From assembly GCA_965248755.1 (NCBI GenBank), contig OZ252149.1, positions 2,464,001 through 2,528,000 on the forward strand: DNA of 64,000 nt, written 5' to 3'. Below the pieces are notes generated by a model, which worked only from the letters and a program-made list of their open reading frames with translations, was not told the origin of the DNA and searched no databases. The position numbers and the translations under genes are program-made. This document shows, in pieces, positions 30,807 through 40,044 of this stretch. The number at the start of each line of letters is the position of its first letter. Within the stretch, counting starts at the first letter, position 1. This stretch comes from Candidatus Latescibacterota bacterium. GTDB taxonomy: Bacteria > Latescibacterota > CBDEFO01.

Positions 30807-32816
30807 ATGATCAGACTAAGCGTCATCCTGCTCTTATTCTTGGGCTTCGTCAGCCCTCTCTACGCGGCGGAGAAAAGGGCCTTATTGATCGGTGTTAACG
30901 ATTACACCAAAGGACCTGACGACTGGGATCTGCGCGGGTGTGAGAACGATGTCCTGATGACCTCGGAATTGCTGGCCACAAAATTCGGTTTCCCTGAGGA
31001 GAACATCAAGGTGCTTCTGAGTGCTGAGGCCACTGCTCAGAACATCACCAGTGCCATTGAGGATTGGCTTATTTCCGATACCGAGCCTGAAGATATTGTC
31101 TATTTCCACTTCAGCGGGCACGGCTCCCAGGCCAGGGACCTGGACGGTGACGAAGAGGACGGTATGGACGAGCTGATCTGCCCCAGTGATATGCTACCGG
31201 GAAATCTGAGAACAGTCATTACGGACGATCAACTCAAGGACTTGCTGGACCGCATTCCCTCAAGAAACGTTACGGTCGTCTTGGACGCCTGTCACTCGGG
31301 CACAGGCACGCGTGATATTTCCCTCTCCAGACCCCGCTTTGTGGATTTCACCATGGGCGAAAGTGATGAAACCCGGGCCGTTGTTGTGACCGAAGCCAAG
31401 CCCCAACCTTCTTCTCAACAACCTTCTCCCGTCAAAGAGGATCTCCCCCAGAACAAGCTGGAAAAGCCCCCAGGCAGTGCGGGAATGGAGGGCGGGAAGC
31501 AACTGCGGGTGACCATCTCCGGCTGCAAACCGGAGCAGACTTCGGCGGACGCCTGGATTAGTGAGGATTTTTATGCCGGGGCGTTGACTTACAATCTTAT
31601 TGAAAATATGAAGAGGGCACCTGCTGATATCACCTATCGTGAGTTGATGGAGCGCGTGGTGCGTGATGTGGCAGCCATGCCTCAGAGGCAGATACCCCAG
31701 GTTGAAGGCGATATGGACCTCCCGCTCTTCGGTACTCCAATACCGGATGCCGTGACCACACCTTTTGCATTGATCGAGTCTGTGGAAGGTAAAAAGGTTA
31801 CTTTAGGAATAGGTACTGCGCAAAAAGTGACCGTAGGTTCGATCTATACGGTTTTCCCCCAAGGAGAAACGGCGTTTGAAGGCAGTGGATTGGGAAACAT
31901 CAAGATCACCAAGGTTATGGACACGGCTTCAGCAGCTGTGATACTTGATGAGGCGGATATTAAACAAGGGTATCGCGCTAGGGAAATCCTGCACAATTTT
32001 GGGGCAGATAAGCTAAAACTTCTTCTGGAATCATCAGATGAAGACCTGAGAAGTGCCCTTGAGGAGGGCATGGCAGGAATCAGTTTTGTCCAATTTGTGG
32101 ATAGCGGGAGACATTTTGATCAGCGTCTGATACTCAGCAAATTCGCAGATGGCCTGCAGGCTGCCTTAACTCTGGACGGAGTACCGAGTGAACCGATCAC
32201 GGGTGCCGATGTAGCTGGCCTGGTGGATGCACTGCGGCCCCATCTGGAGAACGCCTATGCTATCAAATTCCTTGCCAATCTGGATAATCCGGCGCCGCCG
32301 TTCAAGGTGTCGGTGTGGGCGAACAGAGCTGGCACTGAAACAGAGGACCTGGATAAGGCTCCTGATGAGAAGTTCGTACAGGCCAGATTGGGCGACGTAA
32401 TCCGATTTAACTTCCGGGCGGAGAGGGACTGTTATCTGACCATGATCAACGTGGGCACCAGCGGTAAGATCACAGTGCTCTTTCCCAATGAATATCGTCC
32501 TGATGGACGCATCGAGGGCGATATAGTCTATAGGACGGGGACTAAGGGAGAGATGCCTTTCAATATCCGGGCAAAGGGACCGGCTGGCCGGGAACTGGTC
32601 AAGGTCATTGCCACTCTGGAGCCTTTAAATTTGTCCAGTCTGAGCCTGGGCGAGGAGGGTGGACTGGGTACTCGCATCATAGAATCCGGCAGTAGCTTTG
32701 TCCAGCAATTAGCGCGCGATTTAGAAGTCGAGGGATTGGAAGATGAAAATATAACACTTTTGCCCACAGATAGTTGGGTTACGGACTATATGATCATCGA
32801 GACAAGTAGACAGTAA
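30807..32816 (+). CDS. Exported metacaspase-like protease with C-terminal DUF4384-like domain
   Basis: Signal peptide from ATG 30807; KRALLIGVNDY, LRGCENDV, HFSGHG, LDACHSG, GALT; GDVIRF...CYLTMINV...LFPN...GRELVKVIA. Confidence 0.9.
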   Translation: MIRLSVILLLFLGFVSPLYAAEKRALLIGVNDYTKGPDDWDLRGCENDVLMTSELLATKFGFPEENIKVLLSAEATAQNITSAIEDWLISDTEPEDIVYFHFSGHGSQARDLDGDEEDGMDELICPSDMLPGNLRTVITDDQLKDLLDRIPSRNVTVVLDACHSGTGTRDISLSRPRFVDFTMGESDETRAVVVTEAKPQPSSQQPSPVKEDLPQNKLEKPPGSAGMEGGKQLRVTISGCKPEQTSADAWISEDFYAGALTYNLIENMKRAPADITYRELMERVVRDVAAMPQRQIPQVEGDMDLPLFGTPIPDAVTTPFALIESVEGKKVTLGIGTAQKVTVGSIYTVFPQGETAFEGSGLGNIKITKVMDTASAAVILDEADIKQGYRAREILHNFGADKLKLLLESSDEDLRSALEEGMAGISFVQFVDSGRHFDQRLILSKFADGLQAALTLDGVPSEPITGADVAGLVDALRPHLENAYAIKFLANLDNPAPPFKVSVWANRAGTETEDLDKAPDEKFVQARLGDVIRFNFRAERDCYLTMINVGTSGKITVLFPNEYRPDGRIEGDIVYRTGTKGEMPFNIRAKGPAGRELVKVIATLEPLNLSSLSLGEEGGLGTRIIESGSSFVQQLARDLEVEGLEDENITLLPTDSWVTDYMIIETSRQ

Positions 32817-32854
32817 ACAGGGCACCACCTGCCATCCCTGTATGTTGTCTACTT
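32804..32854. repeat. Palindrome family B (AAGTAGACAG..ACAGGG-N-CCCTGT..TGTCTACTT)
   Basis: Hairpin overlapping the caspase stop codon; relatives at 36154 and 37595. Confidence 0.75.
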
Positions 32855-32872
32855 ATACATAAGGAGGTTGTT

Positions 32873-33775
32873 ATGCTAAAGATTAATAATTGGATCGGAG
32901 CCATTATGATGGTTCTGATTTCCATCATATTTATATCCGAGGTGAGGGCTGAGGATGCGCTCGCGTTTGTGACTGATGTGAAAGGTGAGGCTACCCTAAA
33001 GCGTGCGGATGGGACAAAGGAACCAGCGACAATAGGTAGCCAGCTTTTTAACGGGGATGAAATCGAGGTAACCAAGGACGCGGCGGTTCTAATCTATCTT
33101 TCGGGACGTAGCCTGGAGGTGAAAGCCGGAGAGTCTCACAAGGTGCAAAAGGAGGGAACCGGCGAGTCCTCGGCGCTGATGGGACGCCTAATGGGCACTC
33201 TAAGTGAAATGGCCGGCCCCCAGAGCGAGGCGGACCGCCCGGTGGTACACGGTATGGCCCGTAATATCGGTGTGACGGGTGCGTTGCCCACCAATACCAA
33301 GGTCAGCCGGAGCGATTTCAATTTTACCTGGGATGCGCTGGAGGAGGTTGAGGTGTATGTGTTTACCCTGGAATCCCACGACGGGAAGGTTTTGGCGAGC
33401 CATACCGTGAAGGGCACCGAGTTTTCCTCCAAATCTTTGAACCTTCAGCCCGGGGTGCGCTATCTTTGGAGCTTGAAAGAAGCTGACTCATTAATGCCGC
33501 GTAGTTCTGAGAAAAGCTGGGTCGATATCGCCTCGAAGAAAGACGCCGAGGGATTGGGAAAGTCTCTTAAGGAGATCGAGAAGAACTACAGTGGCAAGAC
33601 GCAATTATTGTTGAAAGCTACAGCCTACTATGAGGAAGAGTGCTATTACGAAGCAGAGCGCACCTTGTTAGAGTTGAAAGGTAAGGAGGATCTTACTCCC
33701 ACGATACAGGAGATGCTGATGTCGCTCTACGCTAAGATGGGACGCTGGGAGCTCTTGCCCTCTCCTGAGAAATAA
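32873..33775 (+). CDS. Exported protein: FecR-like N-terminus, Ig/Fn3-like middle, helical C-terminus (DUF928-like architecture)
   Basis: RBS AAGGAGG; signal peptide; AFVTDVKG...LFNGDEI; FTW...Y...LQPGVRYLW; YYEA helical end. Confidence 0.6.
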   Translation: MLKINNWIGAIMMVLISIIFISEVRAEDALAFVTDVKGEATLKRADGTKEPATIGSQLFNGDEIEVTKDAAVLIYLSGRSLEVKAGESHKVQKEGTGESSALMGRLMGTLSEMAGPQSEADRPVVHGMARNIGVTGALPTNTKVSRSDFNFTWDALEEVEVYVFTLESHDGKVLASHTVKGTEFSSKSLNLQPGVRYLWSLKEADSLMPRSSEKSWVDIASKKDAEGLGKSLKEIEKNYSGKTQLLLKATAYYEEECYYEAERTLLELKGKEDLTPTIQEMLMSLYAKMGRWELLPSPEK

Positions 33776-33785
33776 GGATACTATA

Positions 33786-36173
33786 ATGGCACGCTTGGCT
33801 TCTCGATCCAGACTGACTGTCTTTGCGATGGCTCTGGTTATTGCTTACGTGTCCGGCCTGGCAGCTTATCTACTGGATTTCTTAGGTCCGGTGCATAATT
33901 CGGAATTGGGCACGCTTGACTGGCGTTTTCTTTTCCGCGGACCCGTGGGCGAGAAACCGCAGGAGATCGCGCTGGTAATAGTGGGTGAAGCGGCTGAACT
34001 CCCCTACTGGGCGCCGGTGCCGCGTGAACACTTAGCCAGGGTCATCCGCAGTGTGCACCAGGGCGGTGCGAAGCTGATCGGAGTCGATTTCTATTTAGGG
34101 GCACGGTCTTTCGATGCTGTTGGAGATTCGCTCCTGAAAGAAGCGATCCGTACGGCAGGAAACGTAGTGCTCGTATCATATCTTGAACGGGATTCGGAGA
34201 GTGAATTACACGAATATCTTCCCACACCCTATTTTCTGGACGAAGCGCTGGATTACGGGTACGCCACTTTCTTTACGGGAACAGATGTAGAGGCGGTGCG
34301 GGAAGGTGCCGTCGCGGTGGAAATCGAGGGGGTGCATGCCCTATCTCTGGCCGGATGCCTCTACTCCTATGCGCAGAAATTGTCCACCGAAGAGATCCGG
34401 AAGCTGGATTGGAGGAAGCCGCACGATGGCTTACCCGGAAGCAGGAACGATTATAAGAGGATTATAGATTACAACGGGCCGCCGTTCCAGTATTACCTGG
34501 ATCTGGATCGTGAGATACCAGGTGGCATCGCTGCCTTTCAGAGTCATCAGGTGGCCGCGCTGCCGCCTGTATTAGCGGAAAGGTTCTTCAAGGATAAGAT
34601 TGTTCTTTTAGGGTCTGGACTCTCCGATGCCCCCGATCTCTATCGTACATCGTTTTTTTCAAAACGCTACAATTTTGAGAAGACCTTCGGTGTGGAGATC
34701 CATGCCCAGTTGCTGCGGACTTTGCTATCTGGGCAGCCCCTGGTGAAATCGGGTTTCTTTCTTTCGTGGTTCTTAATATTGCTTCCGGCTTTTCTGTCCG
34801 CGCTGGTCGCTGTTCGTCTCCGCCCTTATTGGGCACTGCCCTTAACGCTTGTGGATATCGTGCTCTTTTGGTGGCTCGGGTTTTATCTCTTTTCTGCTCA
34901 TCGTCTCATTGTGCCCCTGCTAATGCCCACTTTGTCCTGTGGCTTTGCATGCCTGTTCGGCCTGATCTACGTAGGATCTACGGATGGCAGGCGCAAAAAC
35001 GAGGTACGTGATCGCTTCGGACCTATGATGAGTTCTGCAAAGTTGCGGGAAATACTTGAACAACCGGAGGCCTGGTCGACCGAAGGAGAGGAGCGGATCG
35101 TCTCGGTACTCTGGGTTCGTTTGCTTATCCCCCAAGAAGATCGAAGCCATCGTTCAGCGCGCGACGCGGTCGTCTTCTTCCAGGATTACTGGAGCCAGAC
35201 CTCCGAGATTATCTTCAAGCACGGTGGTACGATCTTCCGTTATGAAGAGGAAGCCATCGCGGCGGTTTTTGGTGCACCTTTATCCCAAAAGGAGCATACC
35301 TATCAGGCGGCTATGGCGGCGATTGATATAATGGAAAACTGGCTGGCATTCAGGAAAATAAAGGGGTATGATGCCTGGGAGCTTTCCCTGGGAGCCGATA
35401 TGGGACGCGCCTTTGTGGGTGAGTTGGGAGGCGACGAACACTACGCCTACCGTGTTTTAGGTAGAACGGTTGACAGTGCGAAAGCCTTAGCAGAAGACGC
35501 AGAAGATCAGGGGGAGAAAGGAGAAATACGTACCAGCCAGGAATTTTTAGATCAGGTTGGGAATCAAGTGGAATCCTCACTGGTAGGTAAGATACAAGGA
35601 CAGTCCATCTATCAGATAAGGGGTCGAGCCTCTGCGCCGCCAATTGGCGCTGCTGATCGACCCGCCAATCTCTTCTGGAAGTATCTCGGGTTGGACCGCT
35701 TTCAAAAAGATCCTGTTTCGGAGGATCTGCTATCTGGGCTTACGCTCTTTTCTGATTTCAACCGTCGGAATCTCCGCCGCATCCGCCCGATACTCTACCA
35801 CCGCACCTATAAGGCAGGTGAACGCATCTTCACTCAGGGCGAGGTGGGAAGTGGCATGTATATCATCCAGACCGGCACAGTGGACATCTTGCAGGAAACC
35901 GACGACGGCCGGTCGTCCCAGTTGCTCCAGCGTCTTTCTGTTGGCGACTTCTTTGGAGAATTAGCTCTCTTGAGCGACCTTCGCCGTCCAGCGTCAGCAG
36001 TCGCTTACGAGCCTTGTGAACTTTTGGTGCTCTTTCAAGCGGATCTCTACGACCTGATCGAACGAGAGCCGGAATTGGGAGTGCGACTGATCCGTTCTCT
36101 TTCACGGATCACCGGTGAGCGCCTTATCCAGATTAATGAGGAACTGATCAAGAAAGTAGACAGTAGTCGGTAG
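33786..36173 (+). CDS. CHASE2 + TM + degenerate class III cyclase + cNMP-binding domain
   Basis: DWRF..RG, PR, IGVD, KIVLLGS, GVEIHA (CHASE2); cyclase fold lacking catalytic residues; IFTQGE.G..MYII..G.V and GDFFGELALL...RPASA. Confidence 0.85.
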   Translation: MARLASRSRLTVFAMALVIAYVSGLAAYLLDFLGPVHNSELGTLDWRFLFRGPVGEKPQEIALVIVGEAAELPYWAPVPREHLARVIRSVHQGGAKLIGVDFYLGARSFDAVGDSLLKEAIRTAGNVVLVSYLERDSESELHEYLPTPYFLDEALDYGYATFFTGTDVEAVREGAVAVEIEGVHALSLAGCLYSYAQKLSTEEIRKLDWRKPHDGLPGSRNDYKRIIDYNGPPFQYYLDLDREIPGGIAAFQSHQVAALPPVLAERFFKDKIVLLGSGLSDAPDLYRTSFFSKRYNFEKTFGVEIHAQLLRTLLSGQPLVKSGFFLSWFLILLPAFLSALVAVRLRPYWALPLTLVDIVLFWWLGFYLFSAHRLIVPLLMPTLSCGFACLFGLIYVGSTDGRRKNEVRDRFGPMMSSAKLREILEQPEAWSTEGEERIVSVLWVRLLIPQEDRSHRSARDAVVFFQDYWSQTSEIIFKHGGTIFRYEEEAIAAVFGAPLSQKEHTYQAAMAAIDIMENWLAFRKIKGYDAWELSLGADMGRAFVGELGGDEHYAYRVLGRTVDSAKALAEDAEDQGEKGEIRTSQEFLDQVGNQVESSLVGKIQGQSIYQIRGRASAPPIGAADRPANLFWKYLGLDRFQKDPVSEDLLSGLTLFSDFNRRNLRRIRPILYHRTYKAGERIFTQGEVGSGMYIIQTGTVDILQETDDGRSSQLLQRLSVGDFFGELALLSDLRRPASAVAYEPCELLVLFQADLYDLIEREPELGVRLIRSLSRITGERLIQINEELIKKVDSSR

Positions 36174-36211
36174 ACAGGGTACTGCCTCACCTCCCTGTAT
36201 GCTGTTTACTT
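36154..36211. repeat. Palindrome family B copy
   Basis: AAGTAGACAG...ACAGGG...CCCTGTATGCTGTTTACTT; contains the stop of the upstream gene. Confidence 0.75.
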
Positions 36212-36272
36212 CAAAGTGCTCGCTCTACTGTGACGGTGAAGAAAGGAGCAACAAACTAACCCTTGTTGAAAA

Positions 36273-36497
36273 ATGAAGGAAGTTGAAACTAACACAAGGT
36301 GTATTGGTAGCCATTATGAGGAACTAAAGAGAAAATATCCTGATGAATGGGTTGCTGCACGTAACAAATCTGTTGTAGAACACGGTAAGGATTTACCATC
36401 TCTTGTGGAGACTTTAAAAAAGCACTATCCAGAGGACTACAAGCAGATTGCTGTGTAATATATCGGCACTGAAGAGGTTCATCTGATACCGTTTTGA
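36273..36497 (+). pseudogene. DUF5678-like small protein with premature stop
   Basis: YEELKRKYPDEWVA...VVEHGKD; frame continues after TAA (36456-36458) as YIGTEEVHLIPF*. Confidence 0.6.
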
Positions 36498-36519
36498 TTA
36501 CGGATGAGGATATGGCAGG

Positions 36520-37614
36520 ATGAAATTAGTTTCCTTTATTGGAAGATTGATGGTGGCTGTTGTCATTCTATTGGCTCTCTATGCCCTGGGATGGTCTTTT
36601 AGTCATATCGGGACCGTTATTCGTGCGATGGCTGTTGCCTGCCTGGCCGCCTATCTGGTGAACCCTATCGTCAAACGCCTCCAGAGCCGGGGCTTAAGCC
36701 GGGATATGGCTATCGCCGCTGTGTTTTTGGCCTTCTTCACAGCTCTGACTGTGACGTTCTATCTTCTGGTTCCCATAGCCCAACGTCAAATTGTCCAGAT
36801 CGGGGTGCAGTTGCAGGATTTTGCCTCCCAAAGCGACGAACACATCTCCCGTTTGCAGGTTATACTTGAGAAGGAGTTGCCTGTCAGTTTTATGAAGGAT
36901 CAGGATCTGGAGATTTGGCTCGGGGACGGACTTGAAAAGCTATCAAGTGGTGCGATCTCGCTGGCGACTTCCCTCCTTCTCGGTGTAGCTTCCAACCTTA
37001 TCTATGTATTTCTGTTCCCTTTAATCATCTTCCTGCTGTTGCGTGATGCTCCACATTTTTATTACCAGATCATCAACATAATGCCTAACCGTTATTTCGA
37101 GGTGATTCACCGTTTGATTAATGGCGTAGACGACCAATTAGGAGGTTATATGCGAGGAGTGATGGTGGTGGCGTTCTGTGTGGGGGTGGTAACTACCGTT
37201 GGTCTATGGATTTGCGGTCTGAACTATTTCTTTGTAATCGGCCCTTTGATGGGATTGTTGAACATCATTCCCATATTCGGTCCCATAATCGGCATGGTGA
37301 TCGCGGCCCTGGCTATTGTTTTCCAGACTGGAGAACTGGGTTCCATTATCGGTCCAATCCTGGTGGGAATAACAGCCCAGATGCTCGATAATGTGGCCTT
37401 CACGCCGATTGCGGTCTCCCGCTCGGTGGATCTGCACCCCCTGCTGGTACTGCTGATGACATTGATCGGAGGTGAATTATTTGGTCTGGTTGGACTTTTG
37501 CTTGCCGTACCTGCTACAGCTACGGTCAAAGTCATCTGGCAGGCCATACAGGAGGCAAGGCAGAGCACTGCCTCCTCCCTGACACTGTCTCCCCAAGTGG
37601 AGAGTAATCAGTAG
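36520..37614 (+). CDS. AI-2E (UPF0118) family transporter
   Basis: AYLVNP, YMRG, IPIFGP, LHP...GGELFGLVGLLLAVP. Confidence 0.9.
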   Translation: MKLVSFIGRLMVAVVILLALYALGWSFSHIGTVIRAMAVACLAAYLVNPIVKRLQSRGLSRDMAIAAVFLAFFTALTVTFYLLVPIAQRQIVQIGVQLQDFASQSDEHISRLQVILEKELPVSFMKDQDLEIWLGDGLEKLSSGAISLATSLLLGVASNLIYVFLFPLIIFLLLRDAPHFYYQIINIMPNRYFEVIHRLINGVDDQLGGYMRGVMVVAFCVGVVTTVGLWICGLNYFFVIGPLMGLLNIIPIFGPIIGMVIAALAIVFQTGELGSIIGPILVGITAQMLDNVAFTPIAVSRSVDLHPLLVLLMTLIGGELFGLVGLLLAVPATATVKVIWQAIQEARQSTASSLTLSPQVESNQ

Positions 37615-37682
37615 AGCCCCCGATTGAATCTATCAGGGGTAGAACAGGGCACTGCCTCCCGTCCCTGATTGCTGTCTACTTA
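37595..37682. repeat. Palindrome family B copy with family A palindrome nested at 37617-37639
   Basis: CCCCGATTGAATCTATCAGGGG flanked by TAGA on both sides inside a family B unit. Confidence 0.75.
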
Positions 37683-37728
37683 TTCGGGGGACCCTTGAGA
37701 GCAGATTTTCTTAAATACTCCAGGAGCA

Positions 37729-39567
37729 TTGGCCATTTTGTTCAAACGCCCAATCGTCACTCTTTTGATCGCATCAAGCGCGGTGTTATGGAGCGGGTTG
37801 GCCAGTTTTACCAGTCCCTTCAAAAACTTCGAGGAACGTACCGTAGACTGGCGTTTTCTTTTTCGGGGACCGCGCGGCGAAAGAGCACCTGAGATTGTCC
37901 TTGTTCTTATTGAAGAGGAAGCCGATCTTGATTATCGCTCGCCTATTCCTCGTAAGCATCTTGCCGAAATTATCGAAACGCTTTCTGAAGCGAAGCTTAT
38001 CGGTCTCGATATTTTTCTGGATAAACCCTCCTTTGATAAAGAGGGAGATGCTCGGCTGAAACGAGCAATCGAGCAAAACCATCGGGTTATTGGAGTATCC
38101 TTCATCGGTGGTGGGCAGGAGCATAAGCTGCATCCTTATTTCAGAGATGCTTTGCTGGATTTTGGGTACGCCACTTTTTCCACGGGTGCCGACCTGGAAG
38201 TGATCCGCAAAGGCACTGTTGCATGGGATCTTAAGGATGAAAGATCGCTTTCTCTGGCCGGCTGTATCTACGCCCACTATATGGGATTGGATGCGGAGCT
38301 TCTGCGTTCTGGGACCACCGTCAGTCTGCCCGGAGGAATCCCTGTTGGCGGCAGTTTCCCCATTAACTTTTCTGGACCGCCTGCCGAAGTCTATCGCCGC
38401 ACTTCTGATGAGCTACCAGGAGGATTTACGGTATGTCCCAGCCATCTCTTAATTTCAGGAATCTACCCCAGTGCGGTCTTTAAAGAAAAAATTGTCCTGA
38501 TCGGGTCCGGTCTGGACGACACGCCGGACCGCTTTCGCACACCTTTTTTCGCCTCTTCTTTCGGTTACGAAAAGATGCTCGGTGTAGAAGTCCACGCCCA
38601 TTCCTTGCGGACACTTCTATCGGGAGAGCACCTAAAGTCGTGGGGAGAAGGTTTAAGTTTCCTATCCATTTTTGTCCTTGCTTTGGTTATAGCTTGGGCC
38701 GTCTTATATACCGACACCCTCAAGAGCGCCGGTGTGCTGATTATCTCGCTGATGGGTTTATGGGTCATCGGTTTCATCCTGTTTAGCCAACGCGATATGT
38801 TGCTACCGCTGGTCCTTCCGTCTTTAGGAATGCTCTGCTCTTACGGCATCGCGACCGCCTATTATGCGTTGACCGAAGGTCGGGAAAAACGGCGCACGCG
38901 CCGACTCTTTGAGAAATATCTGTCTCCGGATGTTATCCACGAATTTCTCCAGGACCCGACCAATTGGGAACTCGGGGGCAAAAGCGTGGATATCACCGTG
39001 ATGTTTGCCGACTTGGAAGGATTTACACCGCTTTCTGAGAGCCTCACTCCCGAAGATATGGTATCTCTGATCAACAAGTATTTCACCCAAATGTCGGCTA
39101 TTATCCTGCAACACAGTGGAACCATTGACAAATACGAAGGAGATCTCATCATGGCCTTTTTCGGCGCCCCTCTGCCTCAAGAAGATCATGCGGTACGGTC
39201 CTGCCGTGCCGCCCTACAGATGCAAGAGGCAATAGTCTTATTGAACCAGCGTTGGGATGCCCAAGGTTACCCTGAGCTGCGCGTACGGATCGGTTTGCAC
39301 AGTGGCCAAGCCGTGGTTGGTAATATGGGATCTGATTTTCGTTTTAATTACACCGCAATGGGGGATACCGTGAATTTAGCTGCACGGCTCGAGAAGGCCA
39401 ATAAAGAATTCGGGACATATACCCTGATTAGCCAAGCGACACGGGCTCAGGCTGGAAATGGATTCCGTTATCGCAGTTTAGGGGAAATTAAGGTGAGGGG
39501 TAGGAGTGAATCAACTACAGTGTATGAACTGCTGCCAGCAGCGGACAGAGAAAACTCTCAAGCCTGA
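37729..39567 (+). CDS. CHASE2-domain class III adenylate cyclase
   Basis: TTG start after AGGAG; CHASE2; MFADLEGFT, DKYEGD, YTAMGDTVNLAARLE all intact. Confidence 0.92.
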   Translation: MAILFKRPIVTLLIASSAVLWSGLASFTSPFKNFEERTVDWRFLFRGPRGERAPEIVLVLIEEEADLDYRSPIPRKHLAEIIETLSEAKLIGLDIFLDKPSFDKEGDARLKRAIEQNHRVIGVSFIGGGQEHKLHPYFRDALLDFGYATFSTGADLEVIRKGTVAWDLKDERSLSLAGCIYAHYMGLDAELLRSGTTVSLPGGIPVGGSFPINFSGPPAEVYRRTSDELPGGFTVCPSHLLISGIYPSAVFKEKIVLIGSGLDDTPDRFRTPFFASSFGYEKMLGVEVHAHSLRTLLSGEHLKSWGEGLSFLSIFVLALVIAWAVLYTDTLKSAGVLIISLMGLWVIGFILFSQRDMLLPLVLPSLGMLCSYGIATAYYALTEGREKRRTRRLFEKYLSPDVIHEFLQDPTNWELGGKSVDITVMFADLEGFTPLSESLTPEDMVSLINKYFTQMSAIILQHSGTIDKYEGDLIMAFFGAPLPQEDHAVRSCRAALQMQEAIVLLNQRWDAQGYPELRVRIGLHSGQAVVGNMGSDFRFNYTAMGDTVNLAARLEKANKEFGTYTLISQATRAQAGNGFRYRSLGEIKVRGRSESTTVYELLPAADRENSQA

Positions 39568-39646
39568 GTTTAGTAGTAGAAGCTATTTCCAGAAGAGACG
39601 CTTGCGAATCAAAACTTATTGGTAAAGCCTATCAGATAATGGAGGT

Positions 39647-39867
39647 ATGGCTATGAGATCTTGGATACGGAGGAGCATTTCCATTCTATCTGTGGTGCTT
39701 CTTTTCTTGCCCTTATATAACGCAGAGGGCAAGGAGGAGGTACCGGTCCTGCGGGTTTTGCAGCCAGTCGTTTCTGAAGGCGATACTGTCCAGCACGCCG
39801 GCTCGTCTTTGCGAATCGCGGGGATTGCTTGGGCCGAAGGCGGAATCGCCCAGGTAACGGTAAATAA
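39647..39867 (+). pseudogene. 5' part of an exported protein truncated by IS21
   Basis: RBS GGAGG; signal peptide; Ig-like start IAGIAWAEGGIAQVTVN ending at IS end. Confidence 0.7.
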
Positions 39868-40044
39868 TGGAAATGGCGGAGTAAAAGTGAGACGGTTGGC
39901 GGTTGAATATTGTGACACTCGATTATTAATTTAGACGCAATATTATGTCATGTCAATCGCTTATATGTCTTGGTTAAGTACTAGTAGATGTTTTTCTCTT
40001 TTGCTCCCTCCGGAGAGGGTGGCCAATTCATTATTGCTATAGAT

